Assembly (NCBI RefSeq): GCF_018977255.1
Contig: NW_024704743.1
Coordinates: 28,646,001 to 28,710,000, forward strand
Direction: 5' to 3'
DNA length: 64,000 nt
Source: Callorhinchus milii
Lineage: Eukaryota
Shown: piece after piece, positions 49,546 through 63,798 of the stretch
How the letters are laid out: each line of letters opens with the position of its first letter
How positions within the stretch are numbered: position 1 is the first letter of the stretch
The notes under the pieces: generated by a model
What the model was told of the DNA's origin: nothing
What the model saw: only the letters and a program-made list of their open reading frames with translations
Database searches by the model: none
Program-made: the position numbers and the translations under genes

Positions 49546-52445
49546 TCTCCTGGTGTCCTGGCTAACAATCCCTTACTTCACGTTGATCACTCACTTTATG
49601 GCTATTTGTGGGTCATTGCTAAATGCAAATTGGCTACCACATATGTCTACAAAATACACAATCTTTGCTCTTTACAGTAAATCCATGAAGCACTTTGAGA
49701 TGTCCTCCTGACATGCAAGGCCCTTTATTAAATGTAAGGAATATTATGAAAGGGAGGAAGGTAACAGAAGTCTCCTTTGGCTGAGCTGGCTCCTGGGATA
49801 ATGTACTTGGCAATGAAATTTCAGAATTGAGATATTTCTGTAGCGATCTCAGTAGTCTGATTTGAGAGCCAAGTGGGTCCATAGCACTCCACACATCCTG
49901 GCTCACTGGAAGGGCAAACTGGGACAAGGATTCTTTTCACTCAGCTCCTGTCAACCCTGCAAACTAAAGCTCTTCTTACCTAGACAAGGAGTGGGAAGCT
50001 TGCCTGACCATGCCTCTCCATCCATGTGGTTTTAGCTGGTTAATCCAGCAGTACCCCAACACATACTCTGGGCTCCTCAAGCTGTTGCCAAATTAGATAA
50101 AGCAGGGTGTGCGCCATGTAGTAGAGAGTCCACATTCCATTCCAGACACAGGAACTTTTCCATGTGTAGGTGACACATATACACAGAATTCTCAATCTGG
50201 TTTGCTTACTCTTAAATATGGTGATGAATTTCTGCCCCTGGCTGTCCCTCAAAAAAGAACATCCCATACAAATTTAGGTTGAATAACATTTACAGACTCA
50301 GCAACCAGTCAGCCCCAACAACCTAAACGCCTGACATGAAATAAAACGGCATGTCTCTCCAATTCCATGTTATTAATGGGCAAGTTCTCTATTCTCTATG
50401 TGATGTCCTGCAGCCTTTTCTGTTCTCTGCAATTTACTGAATTGAACACTAAAATAAAAGCTGCAACTCAATAAAAATGATAGTTCAGTGATGTAAACAG
50501 TAACACGGTGATAAAAACACTTGCAGACATAATTTGATAGTGGCACTCTGACATTTAGTTTACCATATTATACAGGTCACTGTACTGCAATTATATTATG
50601 CAGCGCTGTATTTTCAGACAAAATTCAAATGAAATCATAAGTTTTGTGAGCAATTGTACATAGTGTTCATTTATCTTGTTCCGTTTAATGAAAAATTAGG
50701 ATCCAGACGACAGTGCTTGTAAACTGTATGTCTATAGGCAATCAGCACATAGTGATTGGCAAACTCCACCAGTGGTGAAGCATGACAATAGGACATGATG
50801 CTGTATATTAACTTAAATGATTGTTAGCTTTGCATTTTTTGCTCCTTTTAATTTTAGATTCAGTTCAATAATATTTTTTGTACCCTTAAAGGGGAATGAT
50901 TTTCAATGTAAAGATGTAGTTTGTCAACACTTGACTCACAAATGCTTAGAATTTCAAGCAACATGTTCAGAGTCAACCAGTTGGCAACCAGTTTTTCCAC
51001 ATTTCACTTTAAGTAATATTGCCTCAGTGACATTGAGACAAGAACTATTAAAGTCATCTTTATCCCCAAAATAAAAACCTGGAGAATTTCTTTTTAATTT
51101 TTTTTGGGCAGGTGGTATTGTTTGTGTCAAAAAAATTAAGAAAATAAGGGATGGAGGGGTGTTTGTGTGAAAGTTGACTGAGAAAAAATTGACATAAAAA
51201 TCTCTAGGTAAATTCAGTGAAAATCAGGAAGTAATTCAGAACATTGAAAAAACTAAAAACAAACCAAATGCTAACAAAACAGTTTCTTTATTGATGAACA
51301 CATTTATTGATGCAGTATAGTCAATTAATCAATTAAACAGGGACTGGCCGCATAGCCCACGGAATACAGTGTCAATTCACTTTACAATATATTCTGTGAA
51401 GTATTCTAAGACACGATAAGGCTCTATGTCAAATGCCAGGATTATTATTATTATTATTATTGCAGATAAGTAAACAGTGTGGGTATCATACAAAACACAT
51501 TCTGTGTATATGCTGTATGTTCTGTGAAGTGCTTTGAGATGTTGCGAAGACGTGATAAGGCGTTATATAAAATGCAAGATTATTGTTATTATTATTATTA
51601 ACTTTACGAATGTGCAAAACTATGTCAGCACTCTCTTTCCTCTCAATCAGAAAGTTGTGGGTTCTATAAGCCCACATTGGGTCTATGAACCCACAGTCTA
51701 GGTTGACACGCCAGTGTAGTGTTGGTGGATTGCTGCGTTGTTGTAGGTGCTGTCCTATGGATGAGACATTAAGCCAAGTGCTAGCTGCCTGTTGGTTGCC
51801 TGTTAAACCTCTCATGTCACTAATCGAAAAAAGAAGGAAGTTTCTAGGAGTGTTCTGGCCAACAATCCCCCAGATAAAATTGATCTTTCCTGACATGGGA
51901 CTTGACCCACAGATTTCTGAGTCAGAGGTGAGCCTGCTAACCAATGAGGCAGCATGACACCTAACAAGGTACTTGATTTCTCCAGTCTGAGCACTGTAAA
52001 TCTCCACTCACATTTCCTGCCGTTCTTATCTAAAGCTAGACTGCTTCAATTGTCCTCTATTCTTAGCTTAAGATTTTTAAATCTTTTCTGAAAGATAAGA
52101 ACAAATAGGCTGATGTGCCTCCATTCATACCTCGTTTGTGATCTTGTGACCTTACTCAACACATATATTGATATATACTGCATTTGGAGACAACAATATA
52201 GTAAATTGAGCATTGCTATTTTGAGCACAATTAGTGTTTATGCCTTCTATTGGCGATACATGCTAATCATAATCATTGCAAAGGATGGCTGCCACATTTT
52301 GCCCACAAAATATACATTCAATTCACTTTCCACTATATTATATGTGAAGTGCTTTGAGACGTCTAGAAGACGTGATAAAGCACTGTATCAAATGCAAGGA
52401 TTATTTTTATTATTATATGACATCTTATTACATCACTGAGACTTC

Positions 52446-52757
52446 TCAAGATACTTCACAGGATGTATTATAAAGCGAATTGATTGTATTTATGGACAAA
52501 ACATAGCAGCCAGTTGCACGCAGCAGTGTCCCATAAACAGTCATGCAGTGAGTGACCGATTGTATTTGGGGGATTGTTGGCCAGGACACTGGGAGAAACT
52601 CCCTTTTTTTTTCAAATAGTGCCATGGGATCTTTCACATTGGTTTTATGTCTCATCCAAAGGATGGTACCTTTGACAATACAATACACCCCAGCACTGAA
52701 TCAGAGCATCATCTTAGATTATATGATTCCAAGTCCAGATGTAGAGCTTGAATCCTC

Positions 52758-52788
<31 letters not shown>

Positions 52789-52808
52789 AATTGAGACAGG
52801 CTGACACA
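52446..52808 (-). mobile_element. Deu-domain SINE, family B
   Basis: Reverse complement of the 32615-33052 element. Confidence 0.8.
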
Positions 52809-53492
52809 GTGGTACACCAAGTTCAAGAGGGAGTTAGCTATTTGATGAAGAAATCCATTGAGAGGTATGTTCAAACTATCATTTTTATCAGACGTTTGGG
52901 CTAACTAGTGATCTTTCCACTTCCATATATTCCTGTTTTGCTGTGACTTTTCTGTGATAGAAAACAGTTGGGCCACAGGCCACAGGTTACTTGGCAACCA
53001 CATTGGCGAATCTCCACATCTCTATTATTCATCTATAACTCGTTGCTTTCTGAAGATGACACATAATTCCTTAAGCTCAGCAAGGCATTATGTGTCCTGG
53101 GGATTTCACAGGCTCTATTGATGGCACTTTTTCTTTGGCCAGCCAAGTGTCTGATAGATGCAGAAAACTATCACTACACAAAAGAATATGCCAACCAGAG
53201 CTTGGAGAGAATTCCATGCATACATTTAATTATTAATTATATTAGTGCATCGTATTATTAATTCTAGGTTGGAATTGATTTCATGTTACAGCAGTTAACT
53301 CTTCATGATGAAAACTAATCATCAATGTGTGTCATACTGGCTCAGTTGATAGCAATCTTGCTTCTGAGTCAGAAGGTTGTGGGTCATAGACCCACGTCAG
53401 GACTTTGAGGTCACAGTATAGCCTGACACTCAAATGCAGTGTTGGGGGTATGCTATGTGTTGGAGATGCCTTTGGATGAGTCGTTAAACTGA

Positions 53493-53913
53493 GGCTCATA
53501 TTGGGCCTCCGGCTATGTAACCAGTGAGTGATGTTTCAGTGTCTGCACCGCTTCACTCTTAGAGGAGCATTTATGTCTATCTCTTCGGGTGGACTTTAAA
53601 GATCTTCTGAGCTTTTGTTCCAACCTAACAAGAGAGAACTGTGTCCAGATTTCATCTTCACCTATGGATTGTATCCTTAACAAATTTATTCCTGAACTAT
53701 TCATGAAGTGTAATTGAACTTCATACCTGCTCAGAGAAGCACTTCATAGCTTATTCACAGATACAGTACTTCTGATGAAGTTTACTGGCTAAGTAAGTGT
53801 GTGTTCTATTTCAGGTTCAGCTTTCAATGCTGGGCTCATATTGGGCCTCTGGCTGCACAACGAGTGAGTGATGTTTTAGTCTCTGCACTGCATCACTCTT
53901 AGAGGAGCATTTA
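53493..53913 (+). repeat. Two 81-bp direct repeats (53493-53573 and 53833-53913)
   Basis: ggctcatattgggcctc...agtgagtgatgttt...tcactcttagaggagcattta; offset 340 bp. Confidence 0.9.
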
Positions 53914-55856
53914 AACCTGAATGACAAGTGACTTTATTCCTAATTCTGTGTATATGATGACTAATCCACTCCATGCATATGTGGAATGTGGCTGTTCAGC
54001 TACCAATAGCAGCATCAGCAGCCAATGCTGGTGGAGGATGCATCTGGCGTTTGAAGGAGTTCAGCCTTTTCATTATGTGCTGGCATCATCAAACACCCGT
54101 AATGTAAATCCAGCAGAAATTTATCATTGATCGTTTTGTGTGTAACAATAAAGGTGTTAAGCCTTGTAGTATATTCACACTTGGGTGATTTTTGATGCCT
54201 TGTAATTTCTAATCTGTAAAATCTTCATGGAAATGAATCAATGCAATACTTCTCCTCCACAGTTGAATATATAACTGTCAGGTTACTGACACTTCAATTA
54301 CCCTTCATTGAAGCAGTACATTACAAATAAAATTGGTTACTTGCTCTACGGCTGTTTGTGGTTCATTTCTGTGCGCAAATAGGCTGCTGCGTTTGCCCAC
54401 AAAATACACACAGTCAAACCACTTTACATTATATCCCGTGAAAGTGCTTTGAAACGTCTCAACCTATGGTTAGGTACTATATCAAGTGCATAGATTATTT
54501 GTACAACATACCTTCTCTTTCAAATAGTGCCATGGAATCTTAAATGCCCACCAGAACAGGCAGTTGGGGATCTCAGTTTAATGTCTACACACAATCATCT
54601 CGGTAAGTCCTGTGAAGTGCTTTGGGATATCTTCCTGATGTGAAAGGCACTATACCAAATGGAAGGAAGCAGGCCCTCAATGGCTGTTGCCCTTCTGACC
54701 CACGGACTGGAATGCAAGTTCATGGGATACCAGCTGATCTCTGATTTTGTTTGTTGAATTAAGCTAGTTTTCCACTCACGAGCAGGTTTTGGGTCCAAAC
54801 TACTTTGAACAGAATTGGCGGGTGGAGGAAGAGAGCAGGGCAGGGGAAGGTAATACACAAAATCTTGTTATAGATTAACTTCAGTTATCTTACTTATTAA
54901 AGATATACTACTTATCACATCACTCATTCTCAAGAGTGAGGCAATGGGGATTTTCATTGGATTGAATACCGCTCTTATACACACAATGTCAGTGCATTAC
55001 CGGCTCCAGGCTCAGAATCAATCTAATCACTACTTCCAAAATCACCATTTACATCAACCACTCACCCACACAGTGGTGTCTTATATTGAACTCAATTAAG
55101 TAGGTTCCTGGACAATAATGAAGTTGAGGGTTAGAAAGGTGGGAATGAGATCAACCAGAAAGGCTTGCTAATAAACGAGGGATCAAACCTGGGACTTTCC
55201 AAGTTTGTATGATTCAACTCCACTGTACAGTGTCTATTCATCCACTGAGTAATTAAGCTACACAACCAGTTTAAAGTAGAGCAATTGATGTATCTCACTA
55301 TTCTCTCTTTTTAAATGATGTAATAAATGTCTAACTCCCTTGTTGATAGATCCATTTCAAGACCTACCTCTTTGATCACACTTTCAAACATCCTTCCTCT
55401 CCCCACCTTCTCGGTTCCCATCCCCAGATAGGTGCCCAACCAGCAGTGTCAAGTGCTTATAGTTGTCCTTCTGATAAGAAAGGCACTATATAAATGTAAA
55501 CATACTGTATCTTCGTGCTTTTTTTAGAACCTGCTTTAAGAACAAACAAAAGACTGGGACCACATATAGCATCAAAAATCATTGTATTAATTTAAAAAAA
55601 GTGAAAGTATTTACAACATTTAAATCCTGCCCTGCGATCAGTGTGCCTATTTTCATTACCCAATTCCCAACTGATGACTTATCTCTTGTATATTCACAAC
55701 CTGGACAGAGACGTCCTATTAAAGGTTATGTGACTGAATCAAGACACATGTGAATCATGACATCTTTAGGTGTTGCAGAAAAATGCAAAAAAAGACAATA
55801 ATTAAATAAAAAGAAAAGAATTGCTTGATTTACAAATTCACTGCATGGCTGCTCAC

Positions 55857-55947
55857 CCCAGTCTCTGTATCACCTTTAAATGGTTCCTTAATACATTTTT
55901 GATAGATTTCTGCCCGAGCCTTGCAACGGCCCAAACGTTGCTTTAAA
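55857..55947 (-). CDS. Candidate exon of the same gene
   Basis: Two tandem tttaaag acceptors 7 nt apart, GGG|gtgagc donor; (LK)QRLGRCKARAEIYQKCIKEPFKGDTETG. Confidence 0.4.
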
Positions 55948-56250
55948 CTTTAAACAGTTCAAATGTTCCTCTTAGGTATACTTCCCAAGAAATCATACAC
56001 ACTTATTTCAGGTACACAATAGATGTCTGCAATATACATAATTACTACACTTTATAGTACATTTTGTGAAGTACATTTTGAGACATTTCACAATCTAATA
56101 AAGTACTGTATTAAATGCAAGGATGATTTGTTAAGGATTACTATATATTATCATCAGCCTTAGGAGAGCACTCCTTACTACAGTGCATGTAATGTGCAGT
56201 AACAAACCACGGTCACTGAAATGACAGTAGTTTATAAGGGTTGCACTCAC

Positions 56251-56308
56251 TTTTGCAAAAATAATTTTAAAAAATGACATCTCCACTGTCTTTTGAACTG
56301 TAAGGTTT
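56251..56308 (-). CDS. Candidate exon of the same gene
   Basis: tttcatttag| acceptor and AAA|gtgagt donor; 58 nt, phase 2-0; NLTVQKTVEMSFFKIIFAK. Confidence 0.4.
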
Positions 56309-59300
56309 CTAAATGAAACGAGTTTATGTGGTTTCAACTGAATTCTGGTTGGTGCAAGCATACATCACAAAATTAGTGCACACAAATTAACAATCTTTGA
56401 GAGAGGAGAAGGCTGCTTGGTGGAAATGGAAAAAGTTACACTGACACAGTGCTCTTTTGAAGCTGATGGGAATAGGTGTTATGGTTCATTTTGAGGTATC
56501 GAGGAGAAAACTTTTCCCTGCATCGCCTAGCTCATGATCGGTGTGACCTAGGCATGCTCTATAACTGTAATTTTGTTGTTGTTGTTGATACTAATCCTGT
56601 GTTGAAAAGGTGCGATCATGTTCAAATCTCCAGCACTGGCAGCTATCACTGACATATTTTAACTCATATGCAATGCATAGGTATGCGTGTATTCACATGT
56701 TCACGTTTTCTCAATCTATGATAGTTCTTCCTCCTACATCCCTCCCAATATTATCTAACATTGCTAAATTACCAAAGCGAAATCTCAAAATCTAAGATGA
56801 AGAATATGAGCCGCTGCACAATTCAACTGTGAATGTCACAGTTCTGTTACTTTTGAAATATAAAATTCCTGGAAAAGTAGAAAGTCACTTAGTGGAATCA
56901 ATGACACAGCTCATGGATTTGATCACTGTTTTTCTTGTGAAAAGGCTCCAGCACGCAACTGATTTCAGAAATTTCACCTGACTGCGGCAAGAAGAGATAA
57001 GATGATTGAGATAAAGATTGAGCCCACGCAGCTCTCTTTAAGCAAATCAAAGTTCTGTAGAATTCGCTCCTCTTAGGCATGCACAGTGCATTGCGAATGT
57101 TCCGCTTTAGCTTGTCCTGCCTTGAAATCGCAAAATCTCACTTTTTCGGCTGAAATGTTGGCTGAAGGACAGAGAGCCAAGGGCGGGGGCTAATCATTTG
57201 AATTTCGGGACTGCAGCAGTTTGGAGGATCTGAGTCAACCTGTACTCCACCAATGATTCACAACTTGCCAGAAAGCTCATTCAAAATATTTGAGTTAGTA
57301 GCTTGGCCTCATAGATAATCAATACGTAGAACAGAGAAGCAGAACATTGAGCAAAAACTCCAAGTGGACAAATGGGCATTGGCATGCTATGAATTTTATT
57401 AACAGTTGCTATCTAAAATAACCCAGCAAGGAAATTCCATTGAGCATTAACATGATTCCCACTGGTTGTCGTTTGAGAGTAAGCTTTAAATGTTACAGAC
57501 TTATACTAAAGTTCTAGATAAAGTTACATTTGTTTCATGTACAGATTTTTCCTCTTTTATTTCACTTTCTTTTAAGTAATGTGTTTTGTTTTGCTGAGTT
57601 AATGTGCTCATTGACATGAAGGGTGTTTTTGCTGGAGATAGTCTGGGCTCACAATCCAATGCAGTGATGGACTGGAGGTGCCCTCTTTCAGACGAGACAT
57701 TAAACCAAGATCTCATCTACCTGTTCAAGTGAATGTTAAGTGGCACTATTCAAAAAGAGAAGGAAGCTCCTCTTGGTGTCTTGGCTTGCACTGAACTTTA
57801 GAATAAAACACATTTATAGTATGATGACAGAGATAAATAAGGTAGATGCAATCAAGAATATTTTATTTAGACTGCAAGAACAGAACAAGAAATTTCAGCC
57901 TCAAATTAAAACAGCCTGACGTGGAACAAAAGATTGGTAGATGTTTTACTCATATGGAGTAGTTATATTTGGAATAAACTCTGAACAAAGGCATCTGATA
58001 GTGAATTGGTTTATAGTAACTGAGAAGCATCTAGCTGAGAACAGTATTGAATTATATAGGGATAGGTACAGAATGAAATAAACAAATGTTTGGGTTTGGT
58101 TGAAAAAGACAGTGGAATAAAGAAGGACAGGTTTTAATTGTGAATATATCAGAATAGTATGAAACTTCTACTTCATTGACTTTGGGATTCATGCAGTTTA
58201 TGAAGTGTAGTTTCTCCGCTTGGAGATAAGAGTGAGCATGTGAAGTTCTCAAATTAGTTGATTTTTGTGGACTGTGGAGGAAGTGAGCTTGATGGACTGA
58301 ATGGCTTTCCTTCATTCCATTCCAGTTTGTAAAAGTCTTTCTTCTTTGTAAATATTGCTTGCTGGTAACTGGAGTTAATTGCTATTATTAAGCCATTAAG
58401 CACTGAAACTCATTTAGGATCCTTGAACTCTCCTTCCCATCTCATTTTTTTGTTCAATTTAAATTCCCCAAACTCACTGAATTTCCCTGATCATTACTGT
58501 TGTATTCATCCTTTCCCCCTATTTATCTTTCCTCCTTTTGTCCAATACACACTTGGATGTGTGCTCCTTACAAAATCAGAAATCCCAAGGAATATTTCTA
58601 GCGTTTAAAATTGTAACTGTGAAATAAAGATAATAATAAAATTCCAGAGCTCCTTTCAAGTCAAGAGACCATCTCAAAGTGTTTCACAGGATTTACTGCT
58701 GTGTGCAATGCTGCCATGTTTCAACCACAAGATACACAATCACTACACTTTACAATGTATTCATGTGAAGTGCTTTGAGATGTCTTGAAGATGTGATAAG
58801 ACGCTATATCAATTGCAAGGATTATCATTATTATTTTATTATTATTGCAATTTGTAGTGACTGTATTTTGCAAGCAAATGCCTGCAAAATAGGAAAGAAA
58901 TCTTGTAATATGCACTTGCATTGCCACAATCCAGATCCAATATGGTAACATAGCAGCATAGTAATAGTTTCAGATCCACCATTGATTCACCTTGTACATC
59001 CAAGTTCCCAAAAGATTTCCTCGATAAAACTGCTTCATCATCTAATAACTCTGAATCCTTTTAATATCCAGGAACTTGTCTACTTCCTTTTTGAAACCTT
59101 TTATAGTTCCTTGTTGCACAGTCCGTGATGATAATTTACCACACATGAATATCAGCCTTTTACTAAAATGAATTTCTCTGCACTTCCTATTCCCTTTAAT
59201 TTAGCTTGTTTTGAAGCTGTGAGGTCTTATTTTTGAATTTTGTGCACAGGAGAAACATGTACTGGGTCTACATCTAAATTCCTAAACCCTCCTCAGATAA

Positions 59301-59584
59301 GCTTTGGTATAAGGAGGTTGCAAGACCCTGAGCAGGAACAGGAGTGGAGGAATAAGATACAAAAAAAGAGGAAGGAGGCAAAATCAAGACTCCTCATATG
59401 TGTGACAGAGAAATAGGGAGGGGAAAAGAGCCAGGGCTCACAACCACCTAATCTGGGGTGATTGTGAAGATCTTTCCAACAAGTAGATCTGGTAATAAAA
59501 GTAATCAGTGTTGATATGTCACCTTATCATGTTGTTGAAATGTCTCAAAGCAATACACTGGAAAAGGATGTAATGAAAAACAAT

Positions 59585-60189
59585 TATGATTTAATACATT
59601 TTTACAATAAAGTTTAAAATGTATTCAAATTGCTTTTAATTTTTCTTCTGACATCACTTTCCTTTATGTTGCTTTTCTTTATCTCTTTAGCTCTTTAATT
59701 CAATTTCATTAAACATTTGCTACACCCTTTTTATATTTTCTCTTTTCTTAGTATCTCCTGGAGAATGTAACAAAGGACTTTGTAAAAAGTGAAACAAGAT
59801 GTCTGTAAAGTGTAGTGACTGTATTTGTAGGTGAACGCACCAGCCAATTTGCATGCAGCAATGTCCCACTGACAGACAGTAGGTAAATGACCAATTTTTT
59901 ATCTTCGGTCTTGTTGGCCATGGCACTGGGAGAAACTTGTTTCTCCGTCTCCCTTCTCTTTCATCTCTCCATCTGGCTTACTTGCAATGTTGTTACATTC
60001 TCTAAGAGAGAAGAAGCAAAGAGGAAAATATGAAAATGTGTGTAGTAAACATATAAGGAAATTAAATAAAGAGCAAAACAAAAGACATGCAACATTAAGG
60101 GAAAGTAATATATCACAAGAAAAAATTAAAGAAATATGAACACATTTAGCTCACTTTTAAACTTTATTGCAAAACTATATCAAATCATC
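59585..60189. repeat. Degenerate inverted repeat with ~190-200-bp arms (59585-59773 and 59990-60189) enclosing a SINE fragment
   Basis: Collinear reverse-complement blocks, e.g. caataaagtttaaaa / ttttaaactttattg and gagaatgtaacaa / ttgttacattctc. Confidence 0.8.
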
Positions 60190-62667
60190 ATTCCCTTCCT
60201 TTACACCCTCTTTCAGGGTGTTGTGTTAGTAATATCAGGAACGTAATTGGGGTACTTGCTGTTTTACCGTTTAGCAGGTTGGATGATCTGTGCGTGTGAA
60301 ATGATTAGTTTTGCTTTTCACATCGAACTTTGAGCGTATGGTATAGGCAGAAACTTAGGTAAAGTGCTAGGAGTGTGCTTCATAGTTGGATGTTACGTCC
60401 TTCAAATCAGACATTCAAACAGATGTTTAAACAGCCATGAAATGAAAGTAAATGGAATAAATCTAGACCTAGGTGGAATTTCTCCCCGCTAGTGCAATGT
60501 ATTATGCATCCACTTTCAATTACTTGCTTTTAATGAGTAGTCCTCCCACAAAACACACAGCCACTACACTTTAAAGTATATCCCGTGAATCGCTTTGAGA
60601 CATGAAAGACTTGAAAAGCGCTATACCAAATATAAGAATTATTATTATTATTATAAGCACATGACTTCTGTGGGATAGACCCAATATCATACAATATATT
60701 AAAGAAATGCTTTTTAGTGAACTAAACAACAATATATATTTGCCATAGGAGTTTTTGCTGAAAAAGTCAAAGCAATAGCAATGAAAGTGGTGGCATCTCT
60801 AGTATGTTGTGGTCACTCTAGAATTCAGTCATTATCAGTTGTATTTTTGGTCTTTTTCCATGTTTCAGCAATCTGTTGAAATCCTTTAATCTAACTTTCT
60901 TCACTAGTTTCACTATTATATGAGGATTTTTGGCATGAGATATCCTACTTAATGAGTAATAATAATAATAATCCTTGCATTGGATACAGCGCCTTATCGT
61001 GTCTTTGAGATGTCTCAAAGCAGTAACCAATTGCGTACAGCAGTGTCTCACAAATAGTCGTGGATTGAGTAAGCCTTTGGTGGAGCAATTCCAGCAACCA
61101 AACAGCTGAAAAGTAAAATTGATTGTACATTGTTTTTGGCACTGGTTCAGCAGTATATAAAGCTTCAGTGAGTATCACTAAGTGCTGATAGCACAGACGA
61201 GCAAGCACTTTGAGATGTCCTCCTGATGTGAAAGGTGTCAAATACATGTAAATTGTATTGTATTGTAAAAGTTGCAATGAGTCTCTGCCTGGCATGCAAG
61301 GTGCCCTCTGACTAGGTATGTGTAGGGAGCAGTTCTCCAGAGCACCCATACAAGGGACAGGTGGGTTTGCAAAGCTGGAACCCAAATTTATTGTGGAAAT
61401 TTTATTGGAGAACACACATGTGGTCTCCCCTCTAGCAATCACATTCTGAGCCCACTTCTCCTTAATCTGTGTCCTGGGTTACCAAATTCTGCACCCATAT
61501 AAATCACTGACAAAAGAGGCAGTTTAAAAAACATTAGAGACACTTAGATGGGGGTAATTAAAAGCTTTATTGCAGAGTTAGGGCATGTGAAATGCTCACC
61601 TATAAAGCAACACAATTACCATTTTTAAATATAGCAGGTAACTATACTATTAACAAAAACAGAAGTAATCCACTCTCGAAAACTATACTATTAAGTCAGT
61701 TTGCTTAGTCATAAGCACGTTAAATGTTGATACGGCGCATTTGACATATATATATGTGAATAAACAATGAAAGGTAAAGCTATGTAGCTACACAATAATA
61801 TAAGGTCAGCTCAAAAGCACAACATTGGTCACAAATAATAAATAATAATAATAATTTAATTGGTCACATTTCATTATCAAAAAAAATCATGACAACTTCA
61901 GAAGATATTGTGAGGTAAGAACACATCCGAAGATATGGCTAGATAGGAAGATGATATGAATCAAAAGGTTACTATTATTAGTGTAGATGTATGAGAGATT
62001 TCATAGGTATGAAAATCGAGTGCTTTGGGTAAGGCATAGCCTCAGGGGTGGAGGCAATAGTTTGTGTAGTATGCTGTAGTGGAGATGTGTCCCGTAAAGC
62101 TCTTTGTTAGTCCACCATGAAATCATTGGGTTACAAATCCAGTAAAATGAGAATTGCACATCCTTCCCCCATACATGAGACTGCTACCTGCTGAGTGTGG
62201 AGTGGTACAGGCAGAGGCTGGGAAATGATCAACTATCTTGCTTTCAGCTTCAGAAGATGTCAAGCTGAGGAGACCACAAAGGAAGATAAAAAGGGAAAGA
62301 AAAGTAATGAAGAAGAAGTGCCTTCCATGGTTGAGTAAATCAGAACCAAAATATAATTGATAGACTATAACATTTCTCTAGTTAATACATTTTATATCTT
62401 ATAAACCATAACATATAGAGTTTATTGGACTCATGATCTGCACAATTTGAATATTTAATTTAGGCCATTTGAAGGATATAATTTGAATTCAGTGGCATAT
62501 TATTGAATCCTCTCCAGTTAACTGGCAGAGCTTTGGAGGCTGACTCACAATGCGACTTTTGCAATTTCAGCATCATTAATGTCAATTGAGGCACAGTGTT
62601 CCTTTACACTGACGATTAGGATTTCTCATCAGCAAACATGCTCATTAATGGAAAAATCTTTACTTAC

Positions 62668-62803
62668 TTTATTCTCACTTCATTCTGGGGTATCCAACTC
62701 TTTGTATTACTGGAGATCTGATAGTTTCCAGAAAAACAATACAAACACAAAAGCATCTTACTGTGGTTAGACACCAAAGATAATGCTGGAAAACTTTGGT
62801 GAC
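62668..62803 (-). CDS. Candidate exon(s) of the same gene: 62803-62762 and 62717-62668, or one 136-nt exon
   Basis: attcag|GTC acceptor, VTKVFQHYLWCLTT, ACA|gtaaga; then tatcag|ATC, ISSNTKSWIPQNEVRI, AA|gtaagt. Confidence 0.45.
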
Positions 62804-63798
62804 CTGAATGCAATGCAGAATTTCCCTTTAGAAAGAATTGTTATTTACAGTAAATAGTTGAGTGTTTGATTACTCAATTTCTGTAGCAAGGTCGAAGCCC
62901 CCCACCCTCGGTATTGATTCACAGCAGCTTCACAAAGCTCTGAAACACCTTCAAAGGAAAAACACAGCAAAATTACCAAATGTCAGTGTGATGCCTGCAC
63001 CTATTATTTTGGCACCTATTTATCAAATAGCACCTTCTTAGCGCTTGGATATTATTATTTTATATATTTTTTTCATGAGATTGAAGAATTCTGTAAACCT
63101 CCCACTGACTTTCATTCTGCCTGTTCTCTGCCATTGAAAGCCTGAAATATGATCACACACTTACCCAAAGCAAGAGTGAAGGCTTTGTGGGACCGGGTCA
63201 CCAGTCAGGACCATGACTTAAAATAAGTCGAAGTCTGATCTCCCTTTTTATCGAATTTGAATGAAACTGATTGGGCAGCTCTCAAGAGTAATCATTAAAC
63301 TGAGTGAAAACTTGAGGTTTCCAAAACTTATTCAAGATGCACCCTTTAGGTTCGTAAACACTATTTAGTCTCTTATACTATATATATATATTTACACACA
63401 GACACAGACACACACAGACAGAGAAAGGCAAAACTGGACAGTTTGATATATAGTAGAGATATAATTGAAAGTGATTCTATTCAAGTGGTACATCTAGACT
63501 TTTTATAGTCCAGGATGATACTTCAGCAAAATACTGGGGGAGCACTATAGCGTTGGAGATGCCGTCCTTCAAATTACACATTAAACCGTGGTCCCGTTTA
63601 TCTCTTCAGATGGATGCTAAAGATTCCATGATACCATTTAAAACAGAAGAGAGTTTCATCCTATTGACCTGACCAACAAACTCTCCAGATAAATCAATTA
63701 TTCTCTTTGTTGCTGTTTGGATGAACCTTTCTGTGTGAAAATGGCTGCCAGATTTGTTCACAAAACCAGTAATTAAATAGACAGTAATTAATTCTAAC

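Noticed and set aside
49750..50270. Two short - strand ORFs in a GC-richer patch
   Set aside because: No recognisable domain or consistent exon structure; probably an old repeat
55191..55200. Perfect NF-kB site GGGACTTTCC
   Set aside because: Isolated, and lies in what looks like a reverse tRNA-like SINE head remnant; no supporting cluster
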